From Armatimonadota bacterium (GTDB lineage: Bacteria; Armatimonadota; UBA5829; DTLH01): a DNA stretch of 64,000 bases. This document shows positions 58,220 through 64,000 of this stretch, piece by piece (the stretch's first letter is position 1; each line of letters begins with the position of its first letter). The position numbers were made by a program, and so were the translations under genes. A model generated the notes under the pieces. The model saw only the letters and a program-made list of their open reading frames with translations, had not been told where the DNA came from and made no database searches. The stretch lies in NCBI GenBank assembly GCA_039680575.1, contig JBDKSP010000021.1, positions 1 through 64,000 of the forward strand. Reading direction: 5' to 3'.

Positions 58220-58426
58220 GTCCGGCGTGAAAGATAATTGTCTCAGGTATTTGAGTTTATTTTATTACACGATTAACCTCCAGAGAGCTGTTATTAAACC
58301 AATAATTACTATTGAGGAGATGAATACTCAAGCGGCCGGTTTTCATCATGCAAAAACTGGTTGTATCGAGGATTCGACACTCCAATCTACCATAGAACAA
58401 CTAAATTTAGGTGGAGTTTAGCACTT

Positions 58427-59908
58427 TTGGCAGATACAGTTAAACGAAAGAGCAGCTTTAGCGCGGCTCAAGGAACGGACAACAGTCCGAAAATGACATT
58501 CAGAGTAATATCTTACTTCGCTGGGATGATCTTTGCGGTAGCGACTTATGCAATTGGTGTGTGGGGCTACTCTGCGGAGTCCGCCGCGATGGGGCAAAAA
58601 CCATTACCAAGTCTATTGCTTCAGATCGAGGAAATTCTGCCGCGTCATCCATTTACATTCATTGCCTGGGCTTGCGGGATTACAGGGCTTTCCGTCATTA
58701 TCGGCTATCTCTTCGACCGCCAGGTCTACTTCAGAAGGCGGGCAGAGATGAAAGCGAATGTGGATGGGCTGACAGGCTGTTACAATCACCGCTGTTTTCA
58801 GGACAGATTGACTGCGGAGATAGAGAGAGCACAGAGGTACGGCAGGCGATTAGCCTTGGTGATGTTCGATCTCGATGATTTCAAAGCGTTCAATGACCGC
58901 AGGGGCCACCAGGAGGGTGACCGCCTGCTGAGTTGGTTCGGCGAGATATGCCGTGCGAATATACGCACTATAGATGTGCTGGCACGCTATGGCGGCGAGG
59001 AATTTGTTGTGATCCTGCCGGAAGCCGGAGCTGAGGAAGCAAAGGTTGCCGCAGACAGGATCAGGGAGGTATTGGAACGCGACGCATCGCTCAAATTCCC
59101 GGGGGTAGCTTCAGTCACGGTCAGTGCGGGCATCGCTGCATACCCCGAACATGGCCAGACTCGTCATAACATCATCCTTAACGCCGACACTGCGCTATAT
59201 TACGCAAAGCGAACTGGTAAGAATAAAGCCCTTATCTATGAAGAGTCTTTTAAGCAATCATATCGCACTTCATCCGATACATTGAAGGCGCTATTGGTGG
59301 ACCAGCCCATGGATGCCATAGAAGCATTATCTGCTGCGGTAGATGCAAAAGACCGGTTTACCAAGGGACATTCGGACGCAGTGACTCGTTATTCACTTGC
59401 ACTTGCATCTAAACTGGGGTTATCTCCTACGGAAATCGAGAACCTTAAGGCCGCTGCGCTTCTTCATGACATCGGCAAGATCAGCACGCCCGAGTCTATC
59501 CTTCATAAGCCTGGTCCTCTCAAGATGGACGAATGGCAGATGATAGAAGATCATCCCAAGATCGGTTCAGAGATACTTGAGAAGGTACAGCAGTTGAGCT
59601 CGATAGTCCCTGCAGTAAGGCATCATCATGAAAGATATGATGGGCTGGGGTATCCTAATGGGCTTTCAGGAAAGAATATCCCTCTGATTGCACGGATAAT
59701 AGGGCTGGCTGATGCTTATGATGCTATGATCTCGGACAGAACTTACCGTAATGCGCTTTCAAAGGAAGATGCTCTGGAGGAGATCAAACGCTGCGCCGGG
59801 ACTCAATTCGACCCGGAACTGGTCGACCTTTTTGTGGAGATCATAATATCCGGCAGTACCTCTGTGGATAAAAAGGACGATCATAAAGAGAAACCGGAAG
59901 CAGCTTGA
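58427..59908 (+). CDS. Membrane diguanylate cyclase / HD-GYP phosphodiesterase
   Basis: Two TMs, RYGGEEF, HDIGK, HHHERYDGLGYP; start uncertain. Confidence 0.9.
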   Translation: MADTVKRKSSFSAAQGTDNSPKMTFRVISYFAGMIFAVATYAIGVWGYSAESAAMGQKPLPSLLLQIEEILPRHPFTFIAWACGITGLSVIIGYLFDRQVYFRRRAEMKANVDGLTGCYNHRCFQDRLTAEIERAQRYGRRLALVMFDLDDFKAFNDRRGHQEGDRLLSWFGEICRANIRTIDVLARYGGEEFVVILPEAGAEEAKVAADRIREVLERDASLKFPGVASVTVSAGIAAYPEHGQTRHNIILNADTALYYAKRTGKNKALIYEESFKQSYRTSSDTLKALLVDQPMDAIEALSAAVDAKDRFTKGHSDAVTRYSLALASKLGLSPTEIENLKAAALLHDIGKISTPESILHKPGPLKMDEWQMIEDHPKIGSEILEKVQQLSSIVPAVRHHHERYDGLGYPNGLSGKNIPLIARIIGLADAYDAMISDRTYRNALSKEDALEEIKRCAGTQFDPELVDLFVEIIISGSTSVDKKDDHKEKPEAA

Positions 59909-59990
59909 TGGGAAAGTCGTCTATGTCCCGATAGCTAAAATCGGCTGTTTTTCCTTGCTTCTCAAGCAAGCATTTGTTATCCTTTTTGTT

Positions 59991-60899
59991 GTGAGTGTAC
60001 TTTCGACTGTATCCGCCGTATTTCTGCTTCTGCTTGTAGGTTATGGAGCCAGGAAACTGGGAGTCCTTAAAAGCAGTGATACGGCGGTTGTTAATTCAAT
60101 AGTGATAAACCTCACCGGGCCCGCGTTTGCGTTCTCGGCGTTATATGGCAAGCCGCTGACGCTCCAGATGATCGGAGCGCCGATGGTTATAATTATATCG
60201 TCGATGCTGGTGATGGGACTTGCATACATTGCGGGCGTAATATTGCACCTGGACCGTAAAACCACAGGTGCGATTATGCTCGTTTCGGCATTTGGAAACA
60301 CGGGTTTTCTTGGCTATCCGGTCACGATGGCTGCATTTCCGAAAAGCGGAGATGCAATAGCGACTGCGGTCATGTGTGACCAGTTCGGAATGGCTCTTCC
60401 GCTTTATTCAATAGGAGTGGTTGTAGCCGCCTCTTTTGCCGCCGCGAAGACAAACCGAGCTCAAATACTCGAATTTATGAAAGCGCCTCTTTTACCGGCT
60501 ACGATTATCGCGATCCTGCTCAGGCCGGTGCATCTTCCACAGCCGATCGTTTCGTCGTTGACTATCCTTGGGCAGGCCACAGTACCGCTTGCGATGCTTT
60601 CTCTCGGACTGTCGCTTTCGAAGTCATCACTTAAGACAGCCACAGTACCGTTTACGGTAGGAATAGTCTTGAAGATGGTTGCGGTCCCGATTATTACGTT
60701 TCTAGGCCTCAAACTGGTGGGGATAGATGGAGTTGTGCGGAATGTTACAGTGTTGGAGTCCTCGATGCCTGCAGCGGTTATGACCGGGGTGATAGCAGGA
60801 CGGTACAACACGAATGGCGCCTTCGTCTCCGCTGCGATCTTTCTTATGACGCTTGCCTCCATAATCACAATACCGGTTATCCTTATGCTGCTGGGGTAA
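59991..60899 (+). CDS. AEC (auxin efflux carrier)-family transporter
   Basis: FGNTGFLGYP and ESSMPAA motifs, about 10 TMs. Possibly leaderless GTG after TTGCTT-17-TATCCT. Confidence 0.85.
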   Translation: MSVLSTVSAVFLLLLVGYGARKLGVLKSSDTAVVNSIVINLTGPAFAFSALYGKPLTLQMIGAPMVIIISSMLVMGLAYIAGVILHLDRKTTGAIMLVSAFGNTGFLGYPVTMAAFPKSGDAIATAVMCDQFGMALPLYSIGVVVAASFAAAKTNRAQILEFMKAPLLPATIIAILLRPVHLPQPIVSSLTILGQATVPLAMLSLGLSLSKSSLKTATVPFTVGIVLKMVAVPIITFLGLKLVGIDGVVRNVTVLESSMPAAVMTGVIAGRYNTNGAFVSAAIFLMTLASIITIPVILMLLG

Positions 60900-60986
60900 T
60901 ATTCCGCAAACGCCTTTACAGCCCCAGATTTAGCTGTTAAACTGACCCGGATAATATATTTCAACAAACAATTTCGAGGAGATCGG

Positions 60987-62120
60987 ATGAATCAGAGAGA
61001 ACGATGGCTGGCAACGATGCATTTTCAGCCGGTGGACCATGTGCCGGATGAAGAATTCGGTTACTGGAGTGAGACATTTCCTTTATGGCATGCACAGGGA
61101 CTCCCGGAATATATAAACGACAACTGGAAGGCCGATATCTACTTTGGTTTCGAGACCAGGCTAGATGTGCCTGTGAATCTGGGCATAATACCAGGGTTTG
61201 AATACAAAGTGCTGGAGGAAGATGACCGGCATAAGACTATTCTCGACTATGACGGAGTAACGAAGGTAGTCGGTAAGTCCGGACACTCGTCCATTCCAAA
61301 ATTTCTCAAATTCCCCATAGAATCTCGTGCGGACTGGGATGAGTTCAAGAAACGGCTGGATTTATCGACATCCAGCCGATTTTTACAGGATAACGAATGG
61401 CAGGTTTGGAAATCAAAAGCTCAAGCATCGGATAAACCTGTCGGGATACCGATCGGCAGCCTGTTCGGCTGGATCCGAGATTGGATGGGGTTCGAGAACA
61501 TATGCTATATGATTATGGACGACCCCGGACTTATCCAGGATATTATGGAACACCTGACTAACTTCATCCTGACCCAGATTGAGAGGTCAGTAACGGAGAT
61601 GAAGCTCGATTATGCAGCGATGTGGGAGGACATGTGCTACAACCATGGCCCGATCCTACAGCCTAAGCACTTCGAGGAATGGATGGTCCCGAGGCTAAAG
61701 CGGATCACAAGCTTCCTGAAAGATCATGGCTGTGATGTAGTCTATGTAGACTGCGACGGCAACATCAATGAGCTGGTATCAATGTGGCTGGATGCCGGTG
61801 TGAACTGTATGTTTCCTCTGGAGATGCGTGGTGGTACCGATGCTGTGAAGCTGCGGGAGAAATACGGGCACAGGGTGCTGCTCGCCGGTGGAGTGGATAA
61901 AACGGCGCTTATCGCGGGTAAGGATGAGATCAAGAAAGAGATTGCCCGGTTGAAACCGGTGGTGGATGACGGAGGGTTTATTCCTCATGTAGACCACCGC
62001 TGCCCACCGGATGTAACGTTCGAGAATTACCTCTATTACCTGAAGCTCAAGAGGGATACATTCGGAATCCCAGAGCCGGAGCCCTGGGATTCACGTAAAG
62101 ATAGATATAATTTTGCCTAA
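60987..62120 (+). CDS. Uroporphyrinogen decarboxylase-family (MtaA/CmuA-like) protein
   Basis: MNQRER...PVDHVP, WEDMCY, DCDGN, GGVDK and GGFIPHVDH motifs. Confidence 0.8.
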   Translation: MNQRERWLATMHFQPVDHVPDEEFGYWSETFPLWHAQGLPEYINDNWKADIYFGFETRLDVPVNLGIIPGFEYKVLEEDDRHKTILDYDGVTKVVGKSGHSSIPKFLKFPIESRADWDEFKKRLDLSTSSRFLQDNEWQVWKSKAQASDKPVGIPIGSLFGWIRDWMGFENICYMIMDDPGLIQDIMEHLTNFILTQIERSVTEMKLDYAAMWEDMCYNHGPILQPKHFEEWMVPRLKRITSFLKDHGCDVVYVDCDGNINELVSMWLDAGVNCMFPLEMRGGTDAVKLREKYGHRVLLAGGVDKTALIAGKDEIKKEIARLKPVVDDGGFIPHVDHRCPPDVTFENYLYYLKLKRDTFGIPEPEPWDSRKDRYNFA

Positions 62121-62122
62121 CA

Positions 62123-63160
62123 TTAACCCTGTTTCTTAGGCGAAGCATTGAGCATAAGCCTGACGTCTTCAATCAACAGGTCAGCGACTGCGTTGATTTT
62201 TGCGTCGGGCTTTACTGTTTTTGGGACGGTTATTTCAAATAGAGCCGCAGCCGATTTGGAATATCCTGGGGTTTTGACATTGACCGGCGACAGCGCTTTT
62301 ACAGCCCAGTCTTTTGGGACATCCAGACGGATTTTCCCGGTAACACTTCTATCCGTCCAGTTCGTCAATTTCGCTTTGATCTTAACCTTGGCACCGGGGG
62401 AGATAGCCCCGGATGTTGTCAGATCGAAGTCGACAGTCGTTATATACGAGAGTGTATCATAGCGCAGGACCGCATTCCTGGTGTTTTTCTGGACATCACC
62501 TCGAATAATCTGTACTGCCTGGCCGAGATGCTTAGCAGATTTGGGAAAGTCCGGCGGCTTATTGAATACATATCGCCCGCCGGGAAGCGAGAATGATGTT
62601 CCTGTAGGAACGATTATGATTGTAGTAGTACGAATAAGATTATCGCCTCTTTCTATACTATCTACCCAATCTGCAACGGCTTGCATAACCGCCTGACAGC
62701 GTGATGTTTCGGCGTCCGAAGAGGGACATGCTTTGGCGCCTGCAGCAGCTTTTGCCTTTAGGCGGGTGTAATAGTCTCTGAGCGCCGGTGGAATATCAGA
62801 GCTCGAAAATGAGATGGGTATACCTGCTTCGAGCTGGTATTTATTCTTCGTGCCCGCCAGATTACCGTCTATATAGAGGTCATACTCCGGTTCAGTAAGG
62901 CCAAGAATGCGTACGGTAATCTTTCTAGGCTCATAGAGGTCATTGACCATCGCAAAGTATGAAGTCTGACTGGGTGATCCGTTAACCGGTTTCAGTGTTA
63001 TATTTTTGGCGGTTCCATCTAGCCATTTAGCCTGTTTATCCTTGAGTTTATCAAAATGGACTATGGCGACTTCTTTTTTGGTTGAAGGCTGCACGACTGC
63101 AGCCATTGCTGTGGACACACATATCAATGCAACTAAAGCGATGCAGAACACCCTTGTCAT
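62123..63160 (-). CDS. Secreted hypothetical protein with C-terminal NEW3-like Ig domain
   Basis: Signal peptide; PG...LTN...LDVPKDW...FEITVP. Confidence 0.6.
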   Translation of the reverse strand: MTRVFCIALVALICVSTAMAAVVQPSTKKEVAIVHFDKLKDKQAKWLDGTAKNITLKPVNGSPSQTSYFAMVNDLYEPRKITVRILGLTEPEYDLYIDGNLAGTKNKYQLEAGIPISFSSSDIPPALRDYYTRLKAKAAAGAKACPSSDAETSRCQAVMQAVADWVDSIERGDNLIRTTTIIIVPTGTSFSLPGGRYVFNKPPDFPKSAKHLGQAVQIIRGDVQKNTRNAVLRYDTLSYITTVDFDLTTSGAISPGAKVKIKAKLTNWTDRSVTGKIRLDVPKDWAVKALSPVNVKTPGYSKSAAALFEITVPKTVKPDAKINAVADLLIEDVRLMLNASPKKQG

Positions 63161-63338
63161 ATCAGAATGTTTTCCTCCGGGATAAGTTGATATCTTATAA
63201 TATTATCGGACTGATCACTACTATTACTATTACTGGTAATTATACCTGAACATAAGGCGGATTGGAAAAGAGGGCAGGGGAGCGGCTGGTTAAGTGAAGG
63301 GATGAAGGCGCGAGCCCCTCATCCCTTCATAAAAAGTC

Positions 63339-63998
63339 CTATTTCTGGACCATTGCTTTCACTGTGGAGACGATATCGTTTCTTGTCGGAACGACCGCAT
63401 CCTCCAAAGGCTCGCTCATCGGAACCGGGCAGTCCTTACCGGAGAGCATCACGGGCTGAGCATCCAGCCAGTCGAATCCTGTGGTTCCGTCATCGAATTT
63501 ATATTCAATGAGTTGTCTCACGATCTCGGCTCCGACGCCGCATCTCGGATAACCTTCGGATACGGTTATGAGTTTTCCGGTCTTTCGCACCGATTCGGCG
63601 ATTGTCTTGATGTCGAGCGGGTTCAGCGTCCTCGGGTCGATAACTTCTATATCATAACCGTCTTTTTCAAGTTCCAGAGCGGCATCCATCGCAAAGTGGA
63701 GGAGTCTGGAGTAGGCTACTACAGTTATGTCCTTGCCTGGGCGTTTGATATCGGCAACACCGAGCGGGATTATATAATCACCATCCGGTACCGGGCCCAT
63801 AGCCCCTGAATAAAGGACCTTGTGCTCGATATAGAGGACAGGGTTGTCGTCTCTGATAGCAGCTTTCAAGAGTCCTTTTGCGTCATACGGCGTGGAGGGC
63901 ATCACAATGTAGATTCCCGGCACGTTCATAAACATCGCTTCGAGGCTTTCCGAGTGGTGGGCTGCTATACTTCGTCCGACGCCGCCTTCGGTCCTGAC
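63339..63998 (-). CDS. 2-oxoacid/acetoin dehydrogenase E1 beta (C-terminal part; runs off window)
   Basis: HHSESLEA, PSTPYDAKGLL, YIEHK and EVIDPRTLNPLD motifs. Confidence 0.88.
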   Translation of the reverse strand, partial: VRTEGGVGRSIAAHHSESLEAMFMNVPGIYIVMPSTPYDAKGLLKAAIRDDNPVLYIEHKVLYSGAMGPVPDGDYIIPLGVADIKRPGKDITVVAYSRLLHFAMDAALELEKDGYDIEVIDPRTLNPLDIKTIAESVRKTGKLITVSEGYPRCGVGAEIVRQLIEYKFDDGTTGFDWLDAQPVMLSGKDCPVPMSEPLEDAVVPTRNDIVSTVKAMVQK

Positions 63999-64000
63999 TA

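Overview
Bacterial chromosomal window. The gene content (prepilin-like cluster, UroD-family protein, secreted glycosidases, SigB-type module, outer-membrane protein) suggests a diderm such as Armatimonadota, but this is inference only. The left edge is the boundary of a decayed island: a truncated IS630 transposase and a twice-frameshifted large serine integrase whose reading frame ends inside an oppositely oriented tRNA-Asn(GTT). The rest is mostly core or semi-core genes: translin/TRAX-like nuclease overlapping a CCA-adding enzyme, sbcDC, minor pilins, rarA-mnmA, an rsbV-rsbW-sigB-like module, hisS-aspS, an orphan DNA methyltransferase, vapBC, cysE-cysS, GH129/GH130/GH5-like enzymes, trpB2, moxR-DUF58-transglutaminase and GGDEF/HD-GYP. 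Most notable unannotated signals: (1) a translin + CCA/HD candidate tRNA-processing pair; (2) a candidate ~70-nt anti-Shine-Dalgarno sRNA sharing an ECF-type promoter with the moxR operon; (3) five copies of an IS66-like MITE (GTAA ends, 8-bp TSDs in four copies) carrying nested palindromic cargo. All protein calls come from motif recognition; no database searches were run.
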